Shown here: in pieces, positions 16,346-26,889 of the stretch
Layout of the letters: every line of letters starts with the position of its first letter
Numbering within the stretch: the stretch's first letter is position 1
Assembly (NCBI GenBank): GCA_963836235.1
Contig: CAWIIP010000004.1
Coordinates: 160,001-224,000 of the forward strand
Length of the DNA stretch: 64,000 nucleotides
Direction of reading: 5' to 3'
Origin: an uncultured Pseudomonadota bacterium
GTDB taxonomy: Bacteria; Oederibacteriota; Muellerivitia; Muellerivitales; Muellerivitaceae
Position numbers and translations under genes: made by a program
Notes under the pieces: model-generated
Databases searched by the model: none
Seen by the model: only the letters and a program-made list of their open reading frames with translations
Told to the model about the DNA's origin: nothing

Positions 16346-19192
16346 ATGAAAGAAACCATTACATATCAACCTAAAGAAGGTGACTTGGCTCGAATCCAGG
16401 GTCGTGAGGATTTGGGAGTTGTTGAAGTTTACCGAGTTAGCGAGGCCTTCGGTGTGTACCAGGCCGATGTGGTTTGGGAGGACGTATCCGGGCGTCACTT
16501 GCAAAGCTTTCCCATTGAACGGTTGGAACCAGCGCCCGACCTTTGGAGCCGTATGAAGAGCGGCCAAGTGAACGAACCTATCGATTTTCTCTTAAAACAA
16601 CTGGCGTTCCAGATACCGCTTCAAAATACCGGGGGTCAACTTTCAAATAGCCGTACCGATCTTTTACCCCACCAGATTCTTTTAACCCGCGATGTCGTAA
16701 CTGCTACCCGACGCCGGTTCCTTATTGCGGATGAAGTGGGTCTTGGCAAAACCATTGAGGTCGGCATGATCCTTCGCGAGTTGATCAGCCGCGGTGAGGC
16801 TCGCCGCATCCTGGTTATCACCCCTGCGGGGTTGGTCAAGAACTGGCAGAGGGAATTGAAGAACGCCTTCCGTTTGGATTTTGAAATTCTAGGTGTGGAC
16901 TTTGTGGATCAGGGCGCCGCTTCCTGGGAAACCCATCGTCAGGTAATCGCGTCCATTGATACCTTGAAAAGACCTCAGAGGATGGAGCGTTTGTTAGCCG
17001 GGCCTCGTTGGGATGTCGTGGTATTCGATGAAGCCCACCATTTGAGCCGTCTTCGCTATGGAAAAAAAATATCGCTAACCCAAAACTATCGGTTGGCAGA
17101 GGCCCTTCGAGCCCATACCAGGGACATGCTGTTCTTATCGGCGACTCCACACCAAGGAAACTCATTCCAGTTCTGGTCATTGATTCAGCTATTGGATGAC
17201 ACCCTTTTCGATTCTGAGGACGCCATGATGGATCACCGTGGCTTTTTAAGTCGGGTGATGATTCGCCGTACCAAACGGGAGGTTACCGACAAGGACGGAA
17301 ACCCTATCTTTGTCCGCCGCCAGGTTCATACCCAGGCATTTTATTTGGCCGCGCGTGAGAAAAACTTCTACGATAAATTGACTGACTATCTGAGAGAGGG
17401 ATATTCCAAGGCAGGCCTGGGGCAGGCCAAGACGACCTCGCAACAACGAGCTATTGGTTTTGTTATGACGACCTTTCAGAAGATTATGTCCTCAAGTATG
17501 AGGGCTATTCGCCAAGCCCTACGCCGGCGACTTCTAGTGTTGTTGATCCATCGATACATTGAGTTGGAAAACCGCCGTACCCATAAATCGGCCAGCGATA
17601 AATTGGCTGGTGACATCATGCGCCTAACGGATGACATGAGGGCGGTAGCCGCGACCTTATATGACATGGAGAACAACGCTGAGACCCGTGCCGAACTGGA
17701 TGCCTATGTGACCCAGATGCGGCAAAGGATCAGCAGGAATTTGGTGCCGACGGAGGATTCCACCGAATGGGCATTGGATGGGGATGAGGAAGGAGATGAA
17801 GGATTGTATGCCGAAACGGATATACCGGATGAAATCGAGAAAGTTCGCTCACTGTTGAACCTGATACCAGACGGTGTTGATAGGAAATTCGAAACCCTAA
17901 CGCGTGCCATTGATCTTATTCGGAAGGATCAACCCGAAGAGAAGTTCATTATATTCACCCAATACGTGGAGACCTTGTGGTTTTTGCAGGAGAAGCTTGA
18001 AGCGATATATGGGGAAAACAAGGTCAGCTATATCAAGGGCGGTTCCTTGGATGACAAGATCGCCGCTATGGAGCGCTTTTGGGATGAGAAGGGCGCTCAG
18101 TTTTTGATTTGCACGTCAGCAGGTGGTGAAGGGATAAACCTTCAAGTTGGGCACATCCTTTTCAATTACGACCTGCCCTGGAATCCGATGGCAGTGGAAC
18201 AAAGAATCGGACGTATTCACCGGTATGGACAGAAGGAAACAACCCAGGTTTATAACCTCGTGGCCGAGGACACGGTTGAAAAGAAGATTTACGAATTACT
18301 TGAAATGAAATTGGGTGAAATTGCCCACCAGATCGGGAAGGTGGATAGCCAAACAGGTCAACCGCAAGAGGACTTTAGAGCAGAGATTTTGGGATTTCTC
18401 GGTTCATCGCCAGACTACTTAGAACTATATAAGAAAGCCCTTTTCGATAAGGACTATCAGCGTACACCTGGTGAAATTGAGGAGGCGATGCAGAAGGCCT
18501 TACAGGCCAGCGAAGCCTTAAAGAGCCTAACGCAAGACATGAAGACCTTTAATCTTCAGGACTACTTGAACATTGAAGGCCGTTTTTCCTTGGCTGATCT
18601 TAAGGAATTCGCGGTTGCGGCCCTGCTTCGATTGGGTGGAAGCGTTCTGCCGCAGGCGGAGTACATGACAATCATTACGCCGAAGGTATTACTGAAACAT
18701 CCGAACGTCTCTTCCAAATATGAACTGGCAACTTTTGACCGAGATGCCGCGATGAGAAAGAAGTCCGCGGAGTTTCTGGGGCTGGGACATCCTTTGGTGG
18801 ACGCCCTCATCGACCATTTCCGGCAGATGTCGACAGATGGGGATGTGGCCGTATTGAGAAGGCCCCAGGGTGATCCGGGTGCCCATGCGGTAATAAGCAC
18901 CTTGTTTTCGATAGACCTGGAGGGCGGGAAGCAACACAAGGAATTGAAGCTGGTTCGCGTAACCGGTACAGGTGATTCACAGGTTCTTCCGGAGGATTGG
19001 CTGATTGTACGGTTAAGACGATTCAAGGATGCAGATGAAACGGGTGGGTCGACGGTCACGGATATTGATTGGCGGCGAGTTCGGGAGTCCTATGAGGGCG
19101 CCATCGGCGCAATCTTGAGCCAGATGAAAGGTAATTTGGAGAGCCCGGTCGGTGCCCGAGTCAGGTTGTTGGGTATTGCGCAGGTGGCTTAA
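16346..19192 (+). CDS. SNF2/RapA-like SF2 helicase
   Basis: LLPHQ, LIADEVGLGKT, FDEAHH, LSATPHQG, GGEGINLQ, EQRIGRIHRYGQ; no C-terminal nuclease motif recognised. Confidence 0.9.
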   Translation: MKETITYQPKEGDLARIQGREDLGVVEVYRVSEAFGVYQADVVWEDVSGRHLQSFPIERLEPAPDLWSRMKSGQVNEPIDFLLKQLAFQIPLQNTGGQLSNSRTDLLPHQILLTRDVVTATRRRFLIADEVGLGKTIEVGMILRELISRGEARRILVITPAGLVKNWQRELKNAFRLDFEILGVDFVDQGAASWETHRQVIASIDTLKRPQRMERLLAGPRWDVVVFDEAHHLSRLRYGKKISLTQNYRLAEALRAHTRDMLFLSATPHQGNSFQFWSLIQLLDDTLFDSEDAMMDHRGFLSRVMIRRTKREVTDKDGNPIFVRRQVHTQAFYLAAREKNFYDKLTDYLREGYSKAGLGQAKTTSQQRAIGFVMTTFQKIMSSSMRAIRQALRRRLLVLLIHRYIELENRRTHKSASDKLAGDIMRLTDDMRAVAATLYDMENNAETRAELDAYVTQMRQRISRNLVPTEDSTEWALDGDEEGDEGLYAETDIPDEIEKVRSLLNLIPDGVDRKFETLTRAIDLIRKDQPEEKFIIFTQYVETLWFLQEKLEAIYGENKVSYIKGGSLDDKIAAMERFWDEKGAQFLICTSAGGEGINLQVGHILFNYDLPWNPMAVEQRIGRIHRYGQKETTQVYNLVAEDTVEKKIYELLEMKLGEIAHQIGKVDSQTGQPQEDFRAEILGFLGSSPDYLELYKKALFDKDYQRTPGEIEEAMQKALQASEALKSLTQDMKTFNLQDYLNIEGRFSLADLKEFAVAALLRLGGSVLPQAEYMTIITPKVLLKHPNVSSKYELATFDRDAAMRKKSAEFLGLGHPLVDALIDHFRQMSTDGDVAVLRRPQGDPGAHAVISTLFSIDLEGGKQHKELKLVRVTGTGDSQVLPEDWLIVRLRRFKDADETGGSTVTDIDWRRVRESYEGAIGAILSQMKGNLESPVGARVRLLGIAQVA

Positions 19193-19261
19193 TTTTTGGG
19201 AATGTCACTTAGGTCTTCGTGAGTTTTCTTTTGAGCTTTTCGGAAATGAGTAAAGGTTATC

Positions 19262-20239
19262 ATGCCAGAATCCAATCAATCTGAATCTAATATTGAAAAA
19301 GCATTCAAGTCCCTACTCCGAGGTGGTACGAATGATTTTGATGCTCATTTAATTACCGTTGCACCTTCAGTGAATTTGGTGGGAACAAAGGCAATCCTCC
19401 ATTGTCACCACATCCAATTAGATGGAAATGGGATTCCAAAGGTTAGGGAACTGCTGGACTCACTAGTAAATCGAGTGGCGGATTACGCTATTCCAAGAAT
19501 TGAAATAAATCGTGCACATGCTAAGGATTTGGCTAATAGCTCTAACGCGGCTAGTTCAGAACTCCATAGGCGAGCTGCTCGACTTTTTGTCGAATCGGAT
19601 TGCTCTGGGGAGGTAGGGGAAGTGCTCCTCTATTGCCTTATTCAGTCAAAATTAAGAATTCCTCAAATACTATGTAAAATGTCCCTCAAAACAAATGCAA
19701 ATCTTCATTTTAATGGAATCGATGGTATTCATGCGACGATTGAACCTGAAACGGGTCAACTTGCGTTTTATTGGGCGGAATCTAAATTGCACAAAGACAT
19801 TGGTGGAGCAGTCTCTGATTGTTTAGATTCAATTCTGCCATTTCTTTATGAACCGCCCAGTACCAATGGTCGCCCGCGACGTGAACGGGATCTAGAACTA
19901 GTGCGAGCGGATTTATCAAAGTTGGACAATAGCGTTCTCGAAGACGCTTTATTAAACTATTTGGACCCTAATCACACAGATTATAATAAAGTTAATTTCC
20001 GAGGGGCTTGTCTTGTTGGGTTTGATTGTAAGAACTACCCAGAAAAGCCAAACGAGCTTACAACCGATAAAGTTGCTCAAGCTGTTAAAACCGAACTAGA
20101 AACTCAATGGAAAAAGAGGGTCGGAGATAAGATTACCGACCGGTCGCCACTCGAAACTTTTCACCTTGAAGTTTTCTTGGTTCCGATGCCTGATATCGAG
20201 GCTTTTCGCACCGGTTTTGTCCAGGCGCTAAAATCATGA
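19262..20239 (+). CDS. hamA: Hachiman HamA (DUF1837) nuclease
   Basis: GEVGEVLLY, KMSLKT, GIDGIH, AESKL; ATGA overlap with a downstream DEAD-type helicase. Confidence 0.82.
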   Translation: MPESNQSESNIEKAFKSLLRGGTNDFDAHLITVAPSVNLVGTKAILHCHHIQLDGNGIPKVRELLDSLVNRVADYAIPRIEINRAHAKDLANSSNAASSELHRRAARLFVESDCSGEVGEVLLYCLIQSKLRIPQILCKMSLKTNANLHFNGIDGIHATIEPETGQLAFYWAESKLHKDIGGAVSDCLDSILPFLYEPPSTNGRPRRERDLELVRADLSKLDNSVLEDALLNYLDPNHTDYNKVNFRGACLVGFDCKNYPEKPNELTTDKVAQAVKTELETQWKKRVGDKITDRSPLETFHLEVFLVPMPDIEAFRTGFVQALKS

Positions 20240-22794
20240 CATTCCAAGAACGGTTACTTGCTTTACCTGCTCTTAGGGATAGGCTTAAAAAGTTAACTGT
20301 GGAATCAGTCGCTTCATCATTCGACCAGTTGGCACTTCAGGAAGCTAATGCGGATGCAGATTGGCCCTATTTATTGAAATGCGCCAGTGTTTTGGCGTAT
20401 TCGCATCTCGGGAAGTGTCAAGCCGCTGCCCTTCGAATCGCTCATGCTTGTCTTTCCACCAGGACTACAACGCCAGATCAGCGGGCAGGGGCGGGAGTCG
20501 TACTAGATACACTTACGAATTACCCGGCGCTTGGACTGGCAATTAAAAAGAATCTTTTGGATTCTGAGTTTAAGAAAAAACTTCCGGCGTCTCTTAAATT
20601 TGATGCAATTTCCAGATCAATCGAAAGTTCGATTTCTTACAATGATGCGATAAAGTTGACGAGATTTCAAAAAAACTTATTTGTCGCTCTTGAAGATCGG
20701 AAATATGTGAGCGTGTCGGCTCCAACGTCTGCCGGAAAAAGCTTTGTATTGACTCAATTCGTAGCTCAATTCATTTCTAAAAACGCACACGCAAATGTCA
20801 TTTACATTGTGCCAACTCGCGCATTGATTCAGCAGTGTGAGGACGACTTTCATATCGCAACTTCTGAATTGTCCCCGAAACCAATTATTACAAGCATCCC
20901 GCAACTGCCGGAGGGTTGGCAAGAGAACAAGTGCCTCTTCATCTTGACTCAGGAACGGTTTCATTGGATTTTAAATAATGCGCCGACATCATTTAACATG
21001 GACCTATTGGTAGTTGATGAAGCTCAAAAAGTTGGTGACACCACGCGCGGAATCCTTCTTCAACAAGTAATTGAAGAAGCAATGGTTAGATCGCCAGAAG
21101 TTCAAGTCCTTTTCTCAAGCCCTATGTCGGGAAATCCGAACATTCTTCTCAAGAATTTTTCTATTGAAGAAGCTGGATTCGTAATTGATTCGGATGGCGT
21201 TACCGTCAATCAAAACCTGATTTGGGTTTCGCAGAATCCCGGACAACCCTTAAATTGGAAGGCTTCGCTATGTATTGAGGATGATAATGTTGCTCTTGGA
21301 GAATTTGTTCTCCCGTCGAGAGCGAGTGTATCAAAAAGATTGCCGTTCGTCGCTTTTGCGTTGGCAGGGCCATCGCATGGCAATTTGATTTATATGAATG
21401 GGCAGGCTTCTGCTGAAAAGGCGGCCCAACAAATCTGGGGCCTAATGGGTCCCGCCCAGGAGACCGACGATCCTGAAATATTAGAACTTATAAAATTGGT
21501 AAAAAAAGTTGTACACAAGGATTATTCACTAGCCAACGTACTTACTCGTCGAGTCGCATTTCATTATGGGAATATGCCACATGTAATTCGCGCTGAATTA
21601 GAACGTCTTTTTAAGGAGGAAAAAATTCACTACCTTCTTTGTACCTCAACTTTGCTAGAAGGAGTGAACTTACCCGCCAAATCAATATTTTTGCGTAATC
21701 CATCACGGGGTCGAAATATTCCACTAACGGCGCTAGATTTCTGGAATTTGGCGGGTCGCGCCGGGCGCCTCGGGAAAGAGTTTCAAGGAAATGTTATTTG
21801 CGTTGATCCGGTGGACCCGAACGTGTGGGGTGACAGGCCCCCCCGTCACCGGGAGCGTTACAACATACAGTTTTCGTTCGATAAGGTAATGGCCAAACCT
21901 GAAGTTTTGATTAGTTACTTTGGGGAGGGAACGCCAAGGGAAACATCGCGGAACAACCCTGAAGTGGAACAAGCGGCTGTCTATCTTGTTAGAAGATACC
22001 TATCAGGCCATACATTGCTTACTGATGACCTTACAAAGCGCTTTCCCCGTGAAACCCTTGTCGGGTTCGAAGCCAATTGCCGGGCATTGATTGATGCTGT
22101 AGAAATTCCTGAAAGTATTATTCGCCGTAATCCTGGAATAAGCCCATTGGCCCAACAATCCTTACTTGTCTATTTTCGGGGCTTTGAACGAAATTCGAGA
22201 GAACTAATTCCGGCTCTGCCGGAAAGTCCCGATGCTGCTAAAGATTCATATCAACTTATCATTAAACGTATAAACAAATATCTTTCTGGGGGCCACAGCA
22301 CGCCTCGGGATTTCTATCTTGCGATTCTCGTAGTTAACTGGATGCGGGGACATTCACTTGCAAGGATGATTGCAGCAAATTTTGCTTATTGGGAATCCAA
22401 AGGTGGAAATTTAGCTACTGTGATTCGGGATACCATGCGTGACATTGAAGAGTTTGCCCGATTCCAATTCGTAAAATATTCTTCGTGTTATGTGGATGTA
22501 TTGAGGCTTCACTTTAGCCAATCGGGGATGGAAAATTTAATTAGTGAAATTCCAGATTTAAATATTTGGCTTGAGTTTGGCGCTTCCCAACAAACCCAGA
22601 TATCCTTAATTAGTGTTGGTATATCGCGTACTGCGGCAATCGAAATCGCGGAATTTATTGCGCAAGACAATTTGACCCAGGCTCAATGTATCGATTGGCT
22701 TAAATCGTCTAATATTGGTGGCATGGATTTATCACCGATCCTAATGCGCGAGATCGAAAGAATGAAAGCAGAACTTATAGATAGGGAGAAGTAA
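20236..22794 (+). CDS. hamB: Hachiman HamB SF2 (Ski2-like) helicase
   Basis: APTSAGKS, VDEAQK, AFHYG, TSTLLEGVNLPA, NLAGRAGR. Confidence 0.85.
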   Translation: MTFQERLLALPALRDRLKKLTVESVASSFDQLALQEANADADWPYLLKCASVLAYSHLGKCQAAALRIAHACLSTRTTTPDQRAGAGVVLDTLTNYPALGLAIKKNLLDSEFKKKLPASLKFDAISRSIESSISYNDAIKLTRFQKNLFVALEDRKYVSVSAPTSAGKSFVLTQFVAQFISKNAHANVIYIVPTRALIQQCEDDFHIATSELSPKPIITSIPQLPEGWQENKCLFILTQERFHWILNNAPTSFNMDLLVVDEAQKVGDTTRGILLQQVIEEAMVRSPEVQVLFSSPMSGNPNILLKNFSIEEAGFVIDSDGVTVNQNLIWVSQNPGQPLNWKASLCIEDDNVALGEFVLPSRASVSKRLPFVAFALAGPSHGNLIYMNGQASAEKAAQQIWGLMGPAQETDDPEILELIKLVKKVVHKDYSLANVLTRRVAFHYGNMPHVIRAELERLFKEEKIHYLLCTSTLLEGVNLPAKSIFLRNPSRGRNIPLTALDFWNLAGRAGRLGKEFQGNVICVDPVDPNVWGDRPPRHRERYNIQFSFDKVMAKPEVLISYFGEGTPRETSRNNPEVEQAAVYLVRRYLSGHTLLTDDLTKRFPRETLVGFEANCRALIDAVEIPESIIRRNPGISPLAQQSLLVYFRGFERNSRELIPALPESPDAAKDSYQLIIKRINKYLSGGHSTPRDFYLAILVVNWMRGHSLARMIAANFAYWESKGGNLATVIRDTMRDIEEFARFQFVKYSSCYVDVLRLHFSQSGMENLISEIPDLNIWLEFGASQQTQISLISVGISRTAAIEIAEFIAQDNLTQAQCIDWLKSSNIGGMDLSPILMREIERMKAELIDREK

Positions 22795-22862
22795 AAATTT
22801 AATTCCGGCAGAATTTTCCGAATCCAAATGAATTGGATGATTTTTAGTCTAAAAACTTGGCC

Positions 22863-23156
22863 CTAATTAAGTGACTGATCGGTGGTTGATCTTTTCCTCT
22901 TCGGAAGGCCTCGCAATGGCCGTTTAGTTTTAGGAACCTTGAAAAACTCCACGATGGGACAACCTAGTGCTTTTGACAATTTTCGTAATGTTTTAAGACT
23001 CAGTCCTCCAATCGTTTCCCATCTTTGGATTTCCTTCGTGTCCGCTTCAGCCTTTACCGCAAGTTGTTCTTGGGTTATCCCTTTTTCACGGCGGATTTCC
23101 CCAATCCGGTGATAGATATTCCTGAAAAATTTCTCATCGGTTTCCCATTCAAGCAT
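22863..23156 (-). CDS. XRE-family HTH repressor, divergent from the transfer operon
   Basis: IGEIRREKGITQEQLAVKAEADTKEIQRWE; likely ATG at 23156 (ORF open to 23192). Confidence 0.85.
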   Translation of the reverse strand: MLEWETDEKFFRNIYHRIGEIRREKGITQEQLAVKAEADTKEIQRWETIGGLSLKTLRKLSKALGCPIVEFFKVPKTKRPLRGLPKRKRSTTDQSLN

Positions 23157-23185
23157 TTCTGCATCGTCCTTAATACACTTCCCGG

Positions 23186-23213
23186 ATAACACCTAGAAAA
23201 GTCTAGGTGTTAT
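23186..23213. promoter_or_regulatory. Perfect 12-bp inverted repeat (candidate repressor operator; could also act as a + strand terminator)
   Basis: ATAACACCTAGA-aaag-TCTAGGTGTTAT between the divergent XRE gene and the transfer operon, followed by a T run. Confidence 0.6.
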
Positions 23214-23293
23214 TTTTTTTCTGAATTTTCCAGAATAATCGCCTAGTCAATTCAAAAAAACGGGTTTTAAGGTGCAAATCGGAGGGCGATTTT

Positions 23294-24382
23294 ATGAAAA
23301 AGAACATCACTATCATTTTGGGAGTATTGCTGGTCGTAACTTTTTCTGTATTTTTTTCAATTGGGTGTAAAAACAGCGGCCCTTCTACCCCCTACGATAT
23401 TGGCTTTACCCCCACCCCTGTCCGTATCTATGGACCAATTAATGCTTTTGTCGAGGATAAGGGGATTGCTGTTCCCAACCTGTTGGTTCAAGCGATTCCA
23501 CCTTCCGGGGTGACAGTCTTTAGCCAATCGACTACGGCAAGCGGGATCGCAACTTTTAACCCGCCTTATCTTGAATTGGGGAATTGGACTTTTGTGGTTC
23601 CAGCCCAAACTCCGTTCCCATATGCCCCAAGCACCATCACAATGCCGGTTTCGGTTGTAAATGAAACGGCCAACTTCAACACGGCGGGGGCTACGATTTA
23701 TTTGACCCCGACTGTGCCGGAGTCCTTCACCTCCACCAACCCAGGGTCTCCTTATACCTACAACATGATTTACAGTCAGCCAGGAAATTTGTTCGTTCCC
23801 GGAAAAATTGCCTTTTCAGGGTTTCCAACAAATTGGAACGCGACTTATGGACCGGCGACGATTGGATTTGGGAATGCCGACACCGGCTCCGTTACCGTTG
23901 TTGGTGTCAATTGTGTCGACAGGCAACCGAGTTTCGCTGTGACCGCCCTCGATCTTGAACCAACACCTTATCCGCGCGCCAACAGTTCACCACAGACCAT
24001 CTCCAAAGGTTTCGCTTCGACGGTCACCGTTACTTGGAACACGACTGGGTTGAATTCCGATTTCTGCAACAACGGAACTGCAATTGGAATCGTATATGGA
24101 ACCCTTACTGTTTCAACTTCCAATGCTTGTTCTTACGATGCCGTTGTTTCAGTTTCAATGAACGCGGGGAATTGTTGTTACAGCCAATTCCAGACACCCA
24201 ATGGAAACGTCTCCGCCGCGAATTGTGGTGGGGGTGGAGTTAATTTTGGGCCGGGGTCCTATAACTGCACTGTCCTGAGTGGTGCCACTTGGGGAGCCCT
24301 TAATTGTTCCTTCAACGGTGTCTCACATACCGTGAACGTTCCGACATCGGGTTCGGTCCAGCTTTTAAGCACAAGTTACTAA
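23294..24382 (+). CDS. Lipoprotein, beta-rich (Ig-like) with Cys-rich C-terminus; putative surface adhesin
   Basis: Signal peptide with SIGC lipobox-like site; T/S/P/G-rich beta composition. Confidence 0.6.
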   Translation: MKKNITIILGVLLVVTFSVFFSIGCKNSGPSTPYDIGFTPTPVRIYGPINAFVEDKGIAVPNLLVQAIPPSGVTVFSQSTTASGIATFNPPYLELGNWTFVVPAQTPFPYAPSTITMPVSVVNETANFNTAGATIYLTPTVPESFTSTNPGSPYTYNMIYSQPGNLFVPGKIAFSGFPTNWNATYGPATIGFGNADTGSVTVVGVNCVDRQPSFAVTALDLEPTPYPRANSSPQTISKGFASTVTVTWNTTGLNSDFCNNGTAIGIVYGTLTVSTSNACSYDAVVSVSMNAGNCCYSQFQTPNGNVSAANCGGGGVNFGPGSYNCTVLSGATWGALNCSFNGVSHTVNVPTSGSVQLLSTSY

Positions 24383-24394
24383 GGGGCCGGAATT

Positions 24395-25150
24395 ATGAAA
24401 TATCTACCGGCACTTTTATTGATTTGTTTGATTTGGGGATGCGCTAAAGGCCCGGCTGGACCGACAGGCCCTCAAGGTTCCCCTGGTACGGGTATTCCTT
24501 CATTCCAATTGGAATTCGAGCAAGGGGCATATCCCGATAGTGGATATGCCGGTGTTGATACCCACTGGCTGGACGGAAGCAATCCCAATACCGCGTCCGG
24601 TACTGGTGAGATTCAAGTTGCCACCGGAACAACTACCTCCAATGTGGCTTTGGGGTTAGTGAGGTTCGACCTTTCTTATGGCATTCCATCAAACGCCACT
24701 ATCACAGCCGCAAGTCTTCAACTAACAACCGAAACCAGCTCGATCCTTTCAGCCGGAACTTATGTTTTTGGAGTCCATCAAGTCATCCAGCCACCGGCGG
24801 GGCAGGTGCCTTGGAACGACTCAAGCACATGGAATGTTTTGGTGACGCCGTATGGTTGGGATGGGGGAAGCAGTTCTTCAATTACGGCGGGGGTCGATTA
24901 TAGCAATTCCCCAATGGACGCCGTGACTGTGACCGCCTCGCAGATCAACGCAAACCAAATCCTACTTGCTTGGAATATCACACCATCACTAGCCCAAGTT
25001 TGGGTGAACAAAGCCAACAACAATTACGGGGTTTTGATTTCTCCTGAACCCGAAACAAGTGGGTCGGTTTCAGGTTTTATTTCGTTTTGGGACAACATGG
25101 GGAACACCCAACAAAAGCCAAAGATGCTGGTCTCTTACACCATTCCTTGA
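24395..25150 (+). CDS. Lipoprotein with short collagen-like repeat and DNRLRE-like domain
   Basis: IWGC lipobox, GPAGPTGPQGSPG, LVRFDLS..IPSNATITAASLQL, NNYGVLI, PKMLVSY. Confidence 0.65.
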   Translation: MKYLPALLLICLIWGCAKGPAGPTGPQGSPGTGIPSFQLEFEQGAYPDSGYAGVDTHWLDGSNPNTASGTGEIQVATGTTTSNVALGLVRFDLSYGIPSNATITAASLQLTTETSSILSAGTYVFGVHQVIQPPAGQVPWNDSSTWNVLVTPYGWDGGSSSSITAGVDYSNSPMDAVTVTASQINANQILLAWNITPSLAQVWVNKANNNYGVLISPEPETSGSVSGFISFWDNMGNTQQKPKMLVSYTIP

Positions 25151-25159
25151 GGTGGATAT

Positions 25160-26377
25160 ATGAAAAAAAGAATATTTGTTATTATATTCCTGATCTTATT
25201 TCATTCCGTAATGGTTTATGCCAAGACAAAACCAAAAGCCACGCCTACCGTAAGCCCGACTTCAACCCCGGAACCTAAGCCCCGGTGGGTTCCGCCACCC
25301 TATGTGGGTAACGACTCTAAAGTCCTTAATGCGACTGTTGCGGCCCATTACGGGAGTACCGCATCCGGGAACCTTGGTTATTCCTTATTCGACCTTTCTG
25401 GAATCCGAAAACTGGACGAGAACGACGTTTCGGCCCAAGGGACTGTCCGGTTCTTAAAAGATTTTTCCAGTTCAGATGATGTTGGGGAACTCCAATTGAG
25501 GGAAGCCAATCTTTCCCTTTCCGAGCCCTGGATCGAGGTAAGGTTGGGCCGTATGGATTTGTCCGATATCGCCAGCACCACTCACTTTTTTGGCCGTTAT
25601 CCACTAATGGGTTTAAGGCGATTGGACGGAATCAAGGTTTATATCCCTTTCAAGTTTTTCTTCGGAGTTGAGGATTACAAGAGCGTTTCAAGCCCGCCGA
25701 CATCGTTAAGCTTTTTTTATTTTCCAACCCTTCTTTCGGCCCAGGACGCGGTTATTGACGGCTCCCAAGGTTATTTCATGGGACAGGCCCGCATGAAGCT
25801 TAATTTCGGGGATCTTCGGACGGTCCTTCTTTTCAACATGGGGGCCAGCTCGTCGGATGATTTTGAATATTCCTCAATGAGCGGGAATCCTGCTTATTCC
25901 ATTTGCGGGGAGGCCAACTTCAGCAGGGATTACACCCTTTATTTTGAGTACGGGGTTCAGGATTCCGCCCGGTCGGGCGATACCAGCGCATTCACATTTG
26001 GGGGAAAAGCCGAGCATTTATTTACCTTCGACTTTCTTTCCCTCGACCAAGTCATCCTAGAAGTCCAAGTTCCGATTGCCAACAATCCCAATAATCCATT
26101 TACGGGCGGGAATGGCATTGATCCGGCATCCGCAGTACTCCCTCAGACCGCTTTGTATGGGAAGGCGCGGATTCGAATCCGCTCAATTTTCATTGATTTC
26201 AACGTCACTGATTCAATGGGGGACTTCACCTTCGCTCGGTTGAATCCCAACAACATCAACACACCACTACCCATGCCGGTGGGTGGGGGGAATGAGACGG
26301 ACGGCCTAGAAATCCCGCTTCTTTCATCTGGTTACAACAACTACGCCTTCAGCGTGGATACGGGGGTCCAATTTTGA
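25160..26377 (+). CDS. Secreted protein, probable outer-membrane beta-barrel
   Basis: Signal peptide, PT-rich linker, amphipathic beta strands (LREANL..IEVRLGR), C-terminal FSVDTGVQF. Confidence 0.55.
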   Translation: MKKRIFVIIFLILFHSVMVYAKTKPKATPTVSPTSTPEPKPRWVPPPYVGNDSKVLNATVAAHYGSTASGNLGYSLFDLSGIRKLDENDVSAQGTVRFLKDFSSSDDVGELQLREANLSLSEPWIEVRLGRMDLSDIASTTHFFGRYPLMGLRRLDGIKVYIPFKFFFGVEDYKSVSSPPTSLSFFYFPTLLSAQDAVIDGSQGYFMGQARMKLNFGDLRTVLLFNMGASSSDDFEYSSMSGNPAYSICGEANFSRDYTLYFEYGVQDSARSGDTSAFTFGGKAEHLFTFDFLSLDQVILEVQVPIANNPNNPFTGGNGIDPASAVLPQTALYGKARIRIRSIFIDFNVTDSMGDFTFARLNPNNINTPLPMPVGGGNETDGLEIPLLSSGYNNYAFSVDTGVQF

Positions 26378-26880
26378 ACGAGGTATTTCTTTTCATCATT
26401 TTTTGCTTGGTTTCGAGGGCATTGGCCCAGGATAACAATCCTTTCATTGGCGTCCGGGACAGGGACCAATGGGCTATAGAACAGGTTATGGAGCATAAAG
26501 CCCCCGAGGATTCTTGGGATAGAAGTTCAAGTGAGGGAGGCACCCATAAGGGGAAAAAAGCCGGACCAGTTACTCTCCCTACCGCAACTCCTTTTCAAAC
26601 TAAATTATACAACTTCCAAACGGAAACAGACGAGGCCAAGGTCGCCGCATCCATTACGGACAATGGTTCCAATTTCACGATTGATATTTCCTGTGACCAA
26701 ACAATCCAGGGTTGGCTTTTGAAACTCCAATCAACCAAACAGGTTTTGCTAAAAGGGGGGACGCCCACGGATAACCCTTACAAATGCCGAATCACAGTGG
26801 ACAGGCCCTATATCCCGGATTTTGGATTAACCGTTTATGTCACCCAGGATAGCGACCCGGCGTTTATCCAACTCTTTTAG
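26374..26880 (+). CDS. Secreted hypothetical protein
   Basis: Signal peptide ending ALA-Q; overlaps the upstream stop. Confidence 0.55.
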   Translation: MNEVFLFIIFCLVSRALAQDNNPFIGVRDRDQWAIEQVMEHKAPEDSWDRSSSEGGTHKGKKAGPVTLPTATPFQTKLYNFQTETDEAKVAASITDNGSNFTIDISCDQTIQGWLLKLQSTKQVLLKGGTPTDNPYKCRITVDRPYIPDFGLTVYVTQDSDPAFIQLF

Positions 26881-26889
26881 GCGGGAATT

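Noticed and set aside
8517-19192. Canonical BREX type 1 or DISARM
   Set aside because: No recognisable brxA/brxL or drmA/drmB/drmC; the methylase is DUF1156-type.
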